Below are positions 1 to 10,107 of a stretch of 64,000 nt of DNA, piece by piece. The first letter of the stretch is position 1, and each line of letters begins with the position of its first letter. The stretch lies in contig CAZEIM010000001.1 in the NCBI GenBank assembly GCA_964512145.1, positions 19,094 through 83,093 of the forward strand. Reading direction: 5' to 3'. The position numbers and the translations under genes were made by a program. Source of the DNA: an uncultured Flavobacteriales bacterium. Its GTDB lineage: Bacteria; Bacteroidota; Bacteroidia; Flavobacteriales_G; JALEGO01. Below the pieces are notes generated by a model that was given only the letters and a program-made list of their open reading frames with translations, ran no database searches and was not told the origin of the DNA.

Positions 1-1421
1 TGATTAACATAATTTAAGGTTTTTACTAAAAACATTAAAAGGGCAGCTAAAAATTTTGAGATCATACCAAATAATATATAATGTCCTAAAAAAAATGAAA
101 TTCCAACGTATAATGTTACAGTAGCTAAAGGAATTACTATAATGTTCGACAATATGAAATAATTTGGAAACTGATGGAAATAATACCAGGAAAATGGCAA
201 AGTACTCATTTGAGCGGCAATTGACACACATGTTATCTTATATATATTATCTACTATAAATAATATATGTTTTTGTTTTGTGAAGTAGCATAAAATAGGT
301 ATTTGTTCATATAGTTTAGGGAATATATATACAATTCCTAGCACTGCACAATATGAAAGTTGAAAACCTACTTCGGTAATCATAAATGGGTTTATCATCA
401 AAATAATAAATGCAGAAGAAAATATGCTGTTGTAAATATTTGCTTCACGTTTAATAATTTTACCTAAAATATGAATAGAAAACATAGTAGAAGCCCTAAC
501 TACGGAGGCTGAAAACCCCGTAATTAATGCATAAAACCATAAAAATAATATCATTAAAATTAGCGTCAATTTCTCAAACTTTTTTCTTTTATCAATCTTG
601 TTAAAAATAAACTGTAAAAACACAAATATTAATCCCACATGTAGCCCCGATACAGCTAAAACATGCATGGCACCTGATGCAGAATACGCTTGGGAAATTT
701 CATCGGATAAAGTTGATTTTTCCCCTAGTAATAAGGCGGCTGAAACAGATAATAAATCTGCGTGTAAACCATGTTCTTTTAATACATTCATCCAATTTTT
801 TTGTATAGATTGTGCTAAATAGTATAAACTAGTACTTTTTTTGTCCACTGCCGACCATATAGTATTCGATGAAATATAACATGTTTGATAAATATTTCTA
901 TACGACAAGTATTTTTTATAATTAAATTCTTCCGGATTTTTAGGACTTTCAATTTGTTTAATGAGGCCTTTTAATGCTATCCAGTCTCCAGCGTTTAACG
1001 ATGTATTTAAGGTTTTATCGAAATATAGATCAACCATTCCAAAAACCTTTATTACACTATCTTTTCTAACGATATATTTAGTTTTTAGGGTTGTTTTAAA
1101 TGTTTTTTCTTTTTCTGAAAGATTAGTATGTATTACACCATATACCCAATCACCTTTTTGGTAGATTTTTGAAATGTTATTTGAATAGTTTATGTGACTA
1201 TTTATATAGGAAGATAAATAGCCAAGTGTTAATAATATCCAAAAAAATGTAATTCCTATAATCCACTGGTATTTAAGTCTTTTAAGTTTTTTTTGAAATA
1301 TCAAAAAAATATATATGCAAAAAAATAATCCTAAAAATGCCACAGAAATATATGGCTTAATATGAATTTCATGAATATAACATATTATTCCAAGCAAAAA
1401 CGGCACAAGTAATTTAATCAT
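1..1421 (-). CDS. comEC: ComEC/Rec2 family competence membrane protein (N-terminal ~473 aa; 3' end lies beyond the left window edge)
   Basis: This gene is absent from the ORF track because its frame leaves the window without a stop. Manual translation of the minus strand from ATG 1421-1419 stays open to position 3 (MIKLLVPFLLGIICYIHEIHIKPY...). It is polytopic and contains ...AYSASGAMHVLAVSGLHVGLIFVFL... and ...GFSASVVRASTMF..., typical of the ComEC competence domain. Track ORFs 4-231(-), 598-822(+) and 961-1164(+) are off-frame artefacts inside it. Confidence 0.75.
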   Translation of the reverse strand, partial: MIKLLVPFLLGIICYIHEIHIKPYISVAFLGLFFCIYIFLIFQKKLKRLKYQWIIGITFFWILLTLGYLSSYINSHINYSNNISKIYQKGDWVYGVIHTNLSEKEKTFKTTLKTKYIVRKDSVIKVFGMVDLYFDKTLNTSLNAGDWIALKGLIKQIESPKNPEEFNYKKYLSYRNIYQTCYISSNTIWSAVDKKSTSLYYLAQSIQKNWMNVLKEHGLHADLLSVSAALLLGEKSTLSDEISQAYSASGAMHVLAVSGLHVGLIFVFLQFIFNKIDKRKKFEKLTLILMILFLWFYALITGFSASVVRASTMFSIHILGKIIKREANIYNSIFSSAFIILMINPFMITEVGFQLSYCAVLGIVYIFPKLYEQIPILCYFTKQKHILFIVDNIYKITCVSIAAQMSTLPFSWYYFHQFPNYFILSNIIVIPLATVTLYVGISFFLGHYILFGMISKFLAALLMFLVKTLNYVN

Positions 1422-1572
1422 GGGAGTTTGCTCCATGAAATAAAAATTTAAACGATATAAATGTGTTTTAATTTACAAATAAATATACATGAATACAATA
1501 CCCTACAATACGCACGTTTTAATAAGTTATCGAAAATTATAAAATTGTGGTATTATTGTATTTTAAACAACG

Positions 1573-2634
1573 ATGTCAACAAAAGCCTCCAAAATAAATA
1601 CAGTTTTTATTACGGGAGCTAGTGGTTTGGTAGGGAGTCATTTGTTGCTAAAATTACTTCAAAAGGGATATTTTGCCAATGTTTTAATTAGAAATGAAAA
1701 TAGTATCCAACAAATAAAAGATACTTGGTCAAATTATGTTCAAGATTATTCTTTGCTTGATCAATGTAAATTTATAAAAGGTGATTTATTCGATATACAT
1801 GCCCTGCAAGAAGGCATGAAAGATGTGGTATGCGTATATCATTGTGCTGCTTTAGTCTCATTTATGAGAAAAGACAGAGATTTAATGCTAAAAATAAATA
1901 TAGAGGGCACCGCACAAGTTGTAAATATAGCTCTTGAGTTAAACGTTCCTAAGTTGTGTTATGTTAGTTCTACGGCTGCTATAGGTTATACCAATATCAA
2001 TAATGGAGTTATTGACGAAGAAAACATTTGGGAACGCAATGCGTATACCAACTATTATTCTATTAGTAAGTTTTATGCAGAGTTAGAAGTATGGCGTGGA
2101 ATAGAAGAGGGATTGCCTGCTGTAATAGTAAATCCGGGTATGATAATTGGACCGGGTAAGTGGGGACAAAGTAGTACAAGTTTTTTTAACAATATAAATC
2201 GGGGTATGTTATTTTACCCATTAGGTGGCACATCTTTTATAGATGTGCATGATGTAACAGAAATTATGATATTATTAGCAGAGAGCAATGTAACATCGGA
2301 AAGATATATTTTAGTTTCGGAACATCTTTCTTTTAAAGATTTTTTTGCTAAAGTTGCGTTGGCCTTAGGAAAAAAACACCCAAAATACCCATTAACAGAT
2401 TTTATACATAATTTGCTTTGGTTTTTTGTCAAAATAATGAATCTTTTTTTAAAAAATAAAATTCCAATTTCACGCGAATCGATTATTCGATTAAAAACAA
2501 ATAGTTACTACAGTAACCAAAAAATCAATCAAACATTACCGGTTGAGTTTACTCCCATAGATGTATCTATAAAAAATACAGCGAAGTTTTTTTTGCGATC
2601 TTTATCTAAAAAGGATAATCAATCCCAATATTAA
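1573..2634 (+). CDS. NAD-dependent epimerase/dehydratase (extended SDR) family protein
   Basis: It has the N-terminal Rossmann motif ITGASGLVGSHL and the catalytic YxxxK (YSISK). The length of 353 aa is typical of extended SDRs. Confidence 0.7.
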   Translation: MSTKASKINTVFITGASGLVGSHLLLKLLQKGYFANVLIRNENSIQQIKDTWSNYVQDYSLLDQCKFIKGDLFDIHALQEGMKDVVCVYHCAALVSFMRKDRDLMLKINIEGTAQVVNIALELNVPKLCYVSSTAAIGYTNINNGVIDEENIWERNAYTNYYSISKFYAELEVWRGIEEGLPAVIVNPGMIIGPGKWGQSSTSFFNNINRGMLFYPLGGTSFIDVHDVTEIMILLAESNVTSERYILVSEHLSFKDFFAKVALALGKKHPKYPLTDFIHNLLWFFVKIMNLFLKNKIPISRESIIRLKTNSYYSNQKINQTLPVEFTPIDVSIKNTAKFFLRSLSKKDNQSQY

Positions 2635-4972
2635 AATTTGATCCGGGCTTAAATGTTCTATTATATTGCTGTTCAAACTGTGGTTTATTTTGAAATATCC
2701 AACGCTCTCCTTCCGGTAATAAAGGATCGTGAACCTGTAAACCCCAGTCAAATCGAACAACAAAAAAGCTAAAATCAAGTCTTAAACCAAAACCAGAACC
2801 AACGGCAATTTCTTTGTAAAATCGATTCCATTTAAATTCTGCGTTGGGCCTGTCTTTATCTTCATTTAATAGCCAAATATTTCCGGCATCAATAAATAAA
2901 GCTCCTTTAAAAATACTTATAATATCAAATCTAAGCTCAGCATTTCCTTCTATATGAATATCGCCAATTTTATAAAATGATGATATGTCTTGATTAAATG
3001 ATCCAGGGCCTAGTGTTCGTATTCTCCATGCTCTTATACCATTGGCTCCTCCTGCAAAAAAACTTTTTTCAAAAGGCAAAGCCAAGGAATTTTTTAGCGG
3101 TATTCCCATCCCATAAAAAATGCGGTAACATGCATCTACCTTATTATTGGCATTTTTTGATTGTCCACGCAACACTTGAAGTGTTCTGTATTCTGCATGA
3201 AATCTTACGAACTGTGCAAATTGAATTCCAAATACTTTTCCGGGCAATGTATCGTGTGTTTTAAGTTCATACAAATATCTCAACATATTTCCGCTACTTT
3301 CTATACCAACCCTATACGAAAAATTATTTTTACGCACATCTACATCTACGGGTTTGTTGGTATAGGCATATTGCAATCTTGATCCCAAGATAAAGTGGTT
3401 GATGTATGTGTTAGAGAAAAACGGGTTGTTAATTTCCTTCAAAAAATTTTCAAAACTCTCTGTTTTGTTTACTCTAACAACATTCACATTGGCTAGTGAG
3501 TATTGAAATGAATTGAATTCACTACCACTCCAAGAATAATTCCATTCAAACCCCAACACATCTCTTTCAAACCATTGTATTTTTTGATAATTGAATAATC
3601 CTGTAATCTCGGTTTTAGGAGCATACAGTTTACTAAACTTTTTTTCCCAAAACGGAAAAAGTATTTTTGGAATATTTAATCTAGATTCGATACCATATTC
3701 TAATGTATTAAATACTCTTTCCCCTTCAGTGTCTTCAACTTCTTCTATACCAATGTATTTTTGCGCTTCTGCACCCATTCTTAATCTAATTTCAAAGGTT
3801 TCTGCATATTTAAAAGGATTTCTTCTTCTATAGTTTACAAATCCTTGTAAACCTAAGTTTCCATGTCTGTTTGTGCCATTGGTTTCAAACGAAATAGCAT
3901 TGCGTGGCAGTAATGGCGTAAAAATATGAAGGTTAACCTTAGGCATGGTATCTGTTTCAATAATATCTGTTTTAATATTTATACCTTTAAAAATATTTAG
4001 TTGACGTAATCTGCCGTACGTAAAATCAAGTTCATTTTTTTTGTATAATGTACCCGGTTTTGTAAAAATATTTTGTTTTAAAAAATAAGTACTTAATTCA
4101 CGTTGAATTTCATGGTCAAAACAGTATCCATCTTTACATAAAAATAAGCTTGAATCCGAATTTTTATTGGACATCATTTTACTGCTGAAATGTATATTTC
4201 CAATGTAATGTTTTTGATGTTTATCCCCTAAAAGACTATCGTTTTTATATTTTATCGGATTTACAATAATTTCTTGTACATTAAATCTTTTTTCTGTTGA
4301 ATTGGTATCAATTTCGTACCGAATGTGCTCATCTGAAAAGCTTAAATAACCTCTGTTTCTCATTTCTTTCACTAAGTTTTCTCGGTCTTTATCAAATAAA
4401 TCAACATCAAATATTCCTCCTTTTACTAAAAGAGTTTTTTTATTGGCACTGGCAATATCTTTAACAAGTGAATCATCTTCTATAATATACGATAAATTTT
4501 GAAGACGATATGGAGAATTTAGTTTTACAAAGTATACCACTCTCGATTTTTTTTGTGTAGGATTATAATAGATAGAGTCTAATACATCGCAATCTAGATA
4601 CCCCTTATTATTTAAAAATAACTTTAATTGTTGTTTAGTTTTTGAAATGTATAATGTGTCTATTTCTACTGGAGGTTCTCCCAGTTTTCTGCTAACCCAG
4701 TTTTCGGGGTTACTTTTGAAGATTCTATTCCCAAAATTGTATAAATATAATTTTAGGGGAATAAAAAAGAATATTTTGGTATTGGGTTTTTGTTTAATAA
4801 TATATTCTATGTTTGACTCTTCAATGGCAAACAATGGATCATCTGTAAATCGAACCTGATTACTGGTTAAAAGATATGAATGATCAGGGACAAAACGCGC
4901 AGGCTTACAAGAGTAAAAAAATAGTACCCCATAAAAAAAAATAAAATATTTTTGTAGCCAATAATTAAACAC
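2606..4972 (-). CDS. Omp85 (BamA/TamA-like) family outer membrane protein
   Basis: The 788-aa protein has an N-terminal signal/lipobox-like FFYSC. Its C-terminal half is beta-strand rich with FFAGGANGIRAW and a terminal aromatic (GIDYPF), as in surface antigen D15/Omp85 barrels. Confidence 0.65.
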   Translation of the reverse strand: MFNYWLQKYFIFFYGVLFFYSCKPARFVPDHSYLLTSNQVRFTDDPLFAIEESNIEYIIKQKPNTKIFFFIPLKLYLYNFGNRIFKSNPENWVSRKLGEPPVEIDTLYISKTKQQLKLFLNNKGYLDCDVLDSIYYNPTQKKSRVVYFVKLNSPYRLQNLSYIIEDDSLVKDIASANKKTLLVKGGIFDVDLFDKDRENLVKEMRNRGYLSFSDEHIRYEIDTNSTEKRFNVQEIIVNPIKYKNDSLLGDKHQKHYIGNIHFSSKMMSNKNSDSSLFLCKDGYCFDHEIQRELSTYFLKQNIFTKPGTLYKKNELDFTYGRLRQLNIFKGINIKTDIIETDTMPKVNLHIFTPLLPRNAISFETNGTNRHGNLGLQGFVNYRRRNPFKYAETFEIRLRMGAEAQKYIGIEEVEDTEGERVFNTLEYGIESRLNIPKILFPFWEKKFSKLYAPKTEITGLFNYQKIQWFERDVLGFEWNYSWSGSEFNSFQYSLANVNVVRVNKTESFENFLKEINNPFFSNTYINHFILGSRLQYAYTNKPVDVDVRKNNFSYRVGIESSGNMLRYLYELKTHDTLPGKVFGIQFAQFVRFHAEYRTLQVLRGQSKNANNKVDACYRIFYGMGIPLKNSLALPFEKSFFAGGANGIRAWRIRTLGPGSFNQDISSFYKIGDIHIEGNAELRFDIISIFKGALFIDAGNIWLLNEDKDRPNAEFKWNRFYKEIAVGSGFGLRLDFSFFVVRFDWGLQVHDPLLPEGERWIFQNKPQFEQQYNRTFKPGSNFNIGIDYPF

Positions 4973-5034
4973 GTTGAAAAATCAGATAAAATTATCATTT
5001 TTTATATTTAAAAAACAATAATGCAAATAAATAA

Positions 5035-5790
5035 ATGAGTTTATCTAAAAATGTCATTCAGTTTATTCGATCGTTACACGATAAAAAAAATCGTAAACAG
5101 CACCAATTGTTTATTGCAGAGGGTGAAAAAATAGTGTTAGAATTAATTCAATCGAATTTTATCCTAAAAAATGTATATTATACTCAAAATAAGGAATCGA
5201 TTACACAAAATATCCCCGAAGATACCACTCATACTTTTACCTTAATTACTGAAACTGATTTAAAAAAAATAAGTCAATTAACTACTCCTTCAGGAATTTT
5301 AGGAGTTTTTCATATTCCTGAGCCAAAAAACTTTGATTTTAGTTCACAAACAAAAATGTTTGTGTTTGAAGAGATTAAAGATCCGGGTAATTTAGGTACT
5401 ATTATTCGATTAGCCGATTGGTTTGGTATACAGGATATTTTTTGTACTCCCACAAGCGTGGATGTTTATAATATAAAAGTGGTTCAAGCAACTATGGGAT
5501 CAATTGCTCGCGTAAAAGTACATTACTCCAATATTGAAAAAATAATTACAGAAGCTCAAAAACATAATATACCTGTATATTTAGCAGATATTGACGGGGA
5601 GAGTATATATACTACTAAATTTCCGGAAAAATACATGATTGTATTTGGCAATGAGTCACATGGAATTTCTCAACTGACTAAAAATCTTGTATACCAAAAA
5701 ATTACCATTCCAAAATTAGGCAAAGCAGAATCTTTAAATGTTTCTATGGCTACGGCTATTTTTATGGCAGAGCTTTGTAAAACTCATTAA
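5035..5790 (+). CDS. TrmH/SpoU family RNA 2'-O-methyltransferase
   Basis: It carries the SPOUT motifs DPGNLGTIIRLADWFG, VFGNESHGIS and SLNVSMATAIFM. Confidence 0.8.
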   Translation: MSLSKNVIQFIRSLHDKKNRKQHQLFIAEGEKIVLELIQSNFILKNVYYTQNKESITQNIPEDTTHTFTLITETDLKKISQLTTPSGILGVFHIPEPKNFDFSSQTKMFVFEEIKDPGNLGTIIRLADWFGIQDIFCTPTSVDVYNIKVVQATMGSIARVKVHYSNIEKIITEAQKHNIPVYLADIDGESIYTTKFPEKYMIVFGNESHGISQLTKNLVYQKITIPKLGKAESLNVSMATAIFMAELCKTH

Positions 5791-5836
5791 ATTTTTGTGA
5801 GGTTTATTCAAACAACCAATTCTGTTTTTAAATATC

Positions 5837-5844
5837 TATATTTG
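5837..5844 (+). promoter_or_regulatory. Bacteroidota-type -7 box (TATATTTG = TAnnTTTG), 12 nt upstream of the ATG at 5856
   Basis: This is an exact match to the TAnnTTTG consensus in an intergenic position. Such matches are frequent by chance in AT-rich DNA. Confidence 0.35.
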
Positions 5845-5855
5845 CCATAAAAAAT

Positions 5856-7064
5856 ATGTCGTATTTTTTATTTGATGATTCTAAACGAGAACATCTAAAA
5901 CCCTTTACTTTTACAAGATCTACTGCTGATATACGAGTAGGTGCTTTTACCATTAGAGAAAAATGGGAGGCATACCTTAAAAGTCCCCTAAAAATTATTA
6001 CACCCGAATACCTACAGGTTTTATACCCATTTAATGCTTCAAATAAAGGTTCTTGGTATATTAATAGCCGTTATTTTCCTACTAAAGAGCTTACTGAAAG
6101 TATTCATCACTTAGCTTTAAATTGTTCGTTCGTTAATCAATTAAATGGAGATATTGTGGCATTTTATACGAATGAAAAAATAGACGATTTAAATACATTA
6201 TATAATTACAGTAAAAAATTAAAAACTCAACAAGCCACTATCCCTTCCGATTATTTTTTAGAAAATAGGTGGGATATTTTTCAAAAAAATGAAAAGCAAA
6301 TTTATGCTGATATAGAAATTCTTAAAAAATCAGACATTCACTTTAAAGAACCTTCAGCAACTAATACTATATTAGGTAATCAAGTGTATATTCATCCAAC
6401 TGCGCAAGTAGAATGTAGTATTTTAAATTCAAATACCGGACCTATCTATATTGGAGAAAATGTAGAAATTATGGAAGGATGTATGGTTCGAGGCGGTTTA
6501 GCTATGTTACAAGGTTCTGCTTTAAAAATGGGCACTAAAATATATGGAGCAACCACTATTGGTCCATATAGCAAAGTTGGTGGAGAAGTTAATAACTCTG
6601 TTATTTTTGGGTATTCAAACAAAGCACACGATGGTTTTTTGGGAAACTCTGTAATAGGAACCTGGTGTAACTTAGGAGCCGACACGAATAATTCTAATTT
6701 AAAAAACAATTATAGTGAGGTTTCTGTTTGGGATTATGAAAGCAATAATTATATAAATACTCAACATCAATTTGTAGGACTTTGTATGGGCGATCATGCT
6801 AAAGCCGGAATTAATACCATGTTTAATACCGGTACAGTGGTGGGGGCATTTGCTAATATTTACGGAGGTGATTTTCCGGAAAAGTTTATTCCTGATTTTT
6901 ATTGGGGTTCAGCGCATTCGGCTCAAGTACATGAGTTTAATAAAGCAATGGATATGGCAAAAAGAGTCATGGAACGCAGGGGTGTCCAGTTAACAGAAGA
7001 ACTTATTAATGTATATCAAAATGTTTTTGATAGCACTCAAGAATACCGAAAAGCTTTTACTTAA
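5856..7064 (+). CDS. GlmU-like putative sugar nucleotidyltransferase/acyltransferase with left-handed beta-helix
   Basis: The 402-aa protein has hexapeptide-repeat-like segments in its C-terminal half (IGENVEIMEGCMVRGG, IGPYSKVGGEVNNSVIFG, LGNSVIGTWCNLG). The N-terminal domain is weakly nucleotidyltransferase-like. Confidence 0.55.
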   Translation: MSYFLFDDSKREHLKPFTFTRSTADIRVGAFTIREKWEAYLKSPLKIITPEYLQVLYPFNASNKGSWYINSRYFPTKELTESIHHLALNCSFVNQLNGDIVAFYTNEKIDDLNTLYNYSKKLKTQQATIPSDYFLENRWDIFQKNEKQIYADIEILKKSDIHFKEPSATNTILGNQVYIHPTAQVECSILNSNTGPIYIGENVEIMEGCMVRGGLAMLQGSALKMGTKIYGATTIGPYSKVGGEVNNSVIFGYSNKAHDGFLGNSVIGTWCNLGADTNNSNLKNNYSEVSVWDYESNNYINTQHQFVGLCMGDHAKAGINTMFNTGTVVGAFANIYGGDFPEKFIPDFYWGSAHSAQVHEFNKAMDMAKRVMERRGVQLTEELINVYQNVFDSTQEYRKAFT

Positions 7065-7164
7065 AACTGCCAGTATTACAAAAATTTATATCATTTGCTG
7101 ACTTTTTTTCCGTTTATTTGTTTTGGCATTAATGTTGAAACGTTAAATCGAAGTTTTTAAAATT

Positions 7165-9609
7165 ATGATGGAAGAAAATCCTATGAGCTTATATAACCTT
7201 TCCGATACTATAGACGAAGGAACAGAATTTATACCATTACTTTCTGTTGAAGATGAAGAGCAGTTTAATTTAGAAAATGTGCCTCAAGAATTACCTATTT
7301 TACCTTTACGGAATACCGTTTTATTTCCTGGAGTAGTAATACCTATTACAGTTGGCAGAGATAAGTCGATTAAGTTGGTAAAAGAGGCTTATCAAGGAGA
7401 TAAAACTATTGGAGTTGTTACACAAACCAACCAAAAAATAGAGGAACCGGAAGAAAAAGATTTATTTAAAATTGGTACTGTTGCTCGTATTCTTAAAATT
7501 ATTAGAATGCCCGATGGAAGTACTACTGTTATTATTCAGGGCAAGAAAAGATTTAAAATTGAGCAAATAACACAAATTGAACCATACTATAAGGCAACGA
7601 TTTCATCTTACGGTGAAGGTCAACAAAAAAATATCTCGAGTCATTTTGAGGCCTTAATTTCATCGGTTCGGGATGTTGCTGTAAGCATCATAAAACAATC
7701 CCCTCAAATACCAACAGAAGCAAATATTGCCATAAAAAATATTGAAAGTCCGGCATTTTTAATCAACTTTATTTCTTCTCATATGAATGCTCCACTGGAA
7801 GAAAAGCAAAAAATGCTTGAAACCATTGATCTTGAAAAGAGAGCAAACGCATTATTAGAGCATTTAACCAAGGAATTACAAATGTTGCAATTAAAAAACG
7901 ATATACAGGCTAAAGTAAAAACTGATATCGATCAGCAACAAAGAGAATATTTTCTCCATCAACAAATGAAAACTATTCAAGAAGAGTTGGGGGGGAATCC
8001 GGTGGATCAAGAAATTACAGAATTGCAGGAAAAAGCTTCTAAAAAGAAATGGAGTAAGGAGGTTAAAAAAGCTTTTGATAAAGAGTTGGATAAACTTTCT
8101 CGAATGAATCCTTCCGGTGCAGAGTTTTCTGTACAGGTAAATTATCTGGATACCTTGGTTGAATTACCGTGGAATGAATATACCAAAGACAACTTTGATT
8201 TAACTCGTGCCCAGAAAATTTTAGACAGAGATCATTATGGTCTTGAAAAAATTAAAGAACGCATCATGGAGCATTTAGCGGTGCTTAAACTGAAAAAAAA
8301 TATGAAATCACCTATTTTGTGTTTTTACGGCCCCCCGGGAGTTGGAAAAACATCTTTAGGACGTTCTATTGCCGAAGCTTTAGGAAGAAAATATGTCAGA
8401 ATGTCATTAGGAGGCATGCGAGATGAAGCGGAAATACGCGGACACAGAAGAACTTACATAGGCGCTATGCCCGGAAGAGTTTTACAGAACTTAAAAAAAG
8501 TAAAATCATCGAATCCGGTTTTTATTTTAGATGAAATTGATAAAATTGGTAGTGATTTTCATGGAGATCCCTCTTCGGCACTTCTTGAAGTCCTTGACCC
8601 AGAACAAAACTTTGCCTTTCACGATAATTTTGTAGAATTAGATTACGATTTATCTAAAATTATGTTTATTGCTACTGCCAATAATTTAAATACTATACAA
8701 CCCGCACTTCGCGATCGTATGGAAATTATTGAATTGACAGGGTATACCGTAGAAGAAAAAGTAAAAATCGGAACTAAACATATTATACCTAAATTATTAC
8801 AGGAACATGGATTAAAGAAAACCCATGTAGTAATACCCGAAAAAGCATTAGAATATATAGTAGAATCTCATACTATGGAATCTGGGGTTCGAGGTTTAGA
8901 AAAAAAGTTGGCCAAAGTGATACGATATGTTGCAAAAAACGTGGCCATGGATAAGGAATACGACAAAAATATTAGTAAAGAACTGGTAGATAAAATTTTG
9001 GGGCCCGGAATATCCAAAGAAAAATATGCTGGAAATGATGTAGCAGGTGTCGTTACCGGCTTAGCTTGGACAGCTGTAGGAGGGGATATTTTATTTATTG
9101 AAACCAGCTTAACTAAAGGCAAGGGAAAACTTACTCTTACCGGTAATTTAGGGGATGTAATGAAAGAATCGGCTACTATTGCTTTAGAATATTTAAAATC
9201 GCATGCATATTTGTTGGATTTAAAACAAGAAGTTTTTGACGAACACAACATTCACATACATGTACCGGAAGGTGCTACGCCAAAAGACGGTCCATCAGCA
9301 GGAATAACGATGTTAACCGCTTTAGCTTCGGCCTTTACCAAACGAAAAGTAAAAGCAAAATTAGCTATGACCGGTGAAATTACTCTTAGAGGTAATGTAT
9401 TACCAGTTGGTGGCATAAAAGAAAAAATTTTAGCCGCCAAACGTGCCGATATAAAAGAAATTATTGTATGTGCCGAAAACAAAAAAGACGTAGATGAAAT
9501 TAACCCTTCCTATATTAAAGGTTTAACTTTTCATTATGTTAAAAAAATGTCGGAAGTGTTAGATATTGCTTTAACCAAGCAAAAGGTTAAGGAAGTGGAG
9601 ATGGTTTGA
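7165..9609 (+). CDS. lon: ATP-dependent Lon protease (endopeptidase La)
   Basis: It has a Lon N-domain, Walker A GPPGVGKTS, the catalytic Ser context PKDGPSAGITM, and Lys in MTGEITLRGNVLPVGGIKEK. Confidence 0.95.
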   Translation: MMEENPMSLYNLSDTIDEGTEFIPLLSVEDEEQFNLENVPQELPILPLRNTVLFPGVVIPITVGRDKSIKLVKEAYQGDKTIGVVTQTNQKIEEPEEKDLFKIGTVARILKIIRMPDGSTTVIIQGKKRFKIEQITQIEPYYKATISSYGEGQQKNISSHFEALISSVRDVAVSIIKQSPQIPTEANIAIKNIESPAFLINFISSHMNAPLEEKQKMLETIDLEKRANALLEHLTKELQMLQLKNDIQAKVKTDIDQQQREYFLHQQMKTIQEELGGNPVDQEITELQEKASKKKWSKEVKKAFDKELDKLSRMNPSGAEFSVQVNYLDTLVELPWNEYTKDNFDLTRAQKILDRDHYGLEKIKERIMEHLAVLKLKKNMKSPILCFYGPPGVGKTSLGRSIAEALGRKYVRMSLGGMRDEAEIRGHRRTYIGAMPGRVLQNLKKVKSSNPVFILDEIDKIGSDFHGDPSSALLEVLDPEQNFAFHDNFVELDYDLSKIMFIATANNLNTIQPALRDRMEIIELTGYTVEEKVKIGTKHIIPKLLQEHGLKKTHVVIPEKALEYIVESHTMESGVRGLEKKLAKVIRYVAKNVAMDKEYDKNISKELVDKILGPGISKEKYAGNDVAGVVTGLAWTAVGGDILFIETSLTKGKGKLTLTGNLGDVMKESATIALEYLKSHAYLLDLKQEVFDEHNIHIHVPEGATPKDGPSAGITMLTALASAFTKRKVKAKLAMTGEITLRGNVLPVGGIKEKILAAKRADIKEIIVCAENKKDVDEINPSYIKGLTFHYVKKMSEVLDIALTKQKVKEVEMV

Positions 9610-9796
9610 TTTTTTAAAAATTAAAAAAAGAATGATTATACCCGTAAAGAGTAATCATATTTTATACCTTATGACTTGAGTAGACCCTCTGTTTTGATAT
9701 GAGCAATTGATTGGAATTTTAAACTATAATGTATCAAACATGAGGTGTAAAATATTTATGTAAAACCTCTTCGGGTAGTTCAGCCCCATAAATATC

Positions 9797-10015
9797 TCAA
9801 CCATAAATTCTGTTATTGGTCATTCTGTGTTCTAATGCACATATTAAATTCTTGGTATCGGGTTCAATTATAAATGAAAAAATCCAAGGGCTTGTGTTTT
9901 TATATGCATTAGAATTATAGGGATTTTGAGTGAAAAATTGACCTTTTAACTCATTTCCCATATACTCATGACCCGAAATCTCTAAAAACTTTTGTTTTTG
10001 TATGTTTGATAGCAT
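9797..10015 (-). CDS. Small hypothetical protein (72 aa), possibly a gene remnant
   Basis: It is the only ORF in a ~500-bp gap. The amino-acid composition looks protein-like, but I recognise no motif. Confidence 0.3.
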   Translation of the reverse strand: MLSNIQKQKFLEISGHEYMGNELKGQFFTQNPYNSNAYKNTSPWIFSFIIEPDTKNLICALEHRMTNNRIYG

Positions 10016-10107
10016 GTTATTTGATTTTAATCATTAAAAAATACTAATTTTCGTGTTTTTCCCAGTTGAAGTAATAAGAGTATTCATATCTTCATACAAT
10101 TTAATTC

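Noticed and set aside
8868-9482. Antisense or overlapping track ORFs inside long conserved genes. Examples are 8868-9251 and 9252-9482 in lon, 11889-12326 in queA, 23164-23541 in the kinase, 25618-25932 in gdhA, 32651-32989 in atpA, 50895-51197 in polA, and 55008-55382 in the LamG gene.
   Set aside because: Each lies wholly within a gene whose product has unambiguous family motifs. Their translations are low-complexity or Ser/Leu/Phe/Ile-biased, as expected for antisense frames of AT-rich coding DNA.
9734-9799. An in-frame sense extension after the TGA of the 72-aa ORF raised the idea of UGA recoding.
   Set aside because: TGA clearly terminates well-conserved genes here at their expected lengths: lon at 9607-9609, queA at 12793-12795 and the S8 peptidase at 58441-58443. 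The standard code applies, and decay of an older gene is the simpler explanation.
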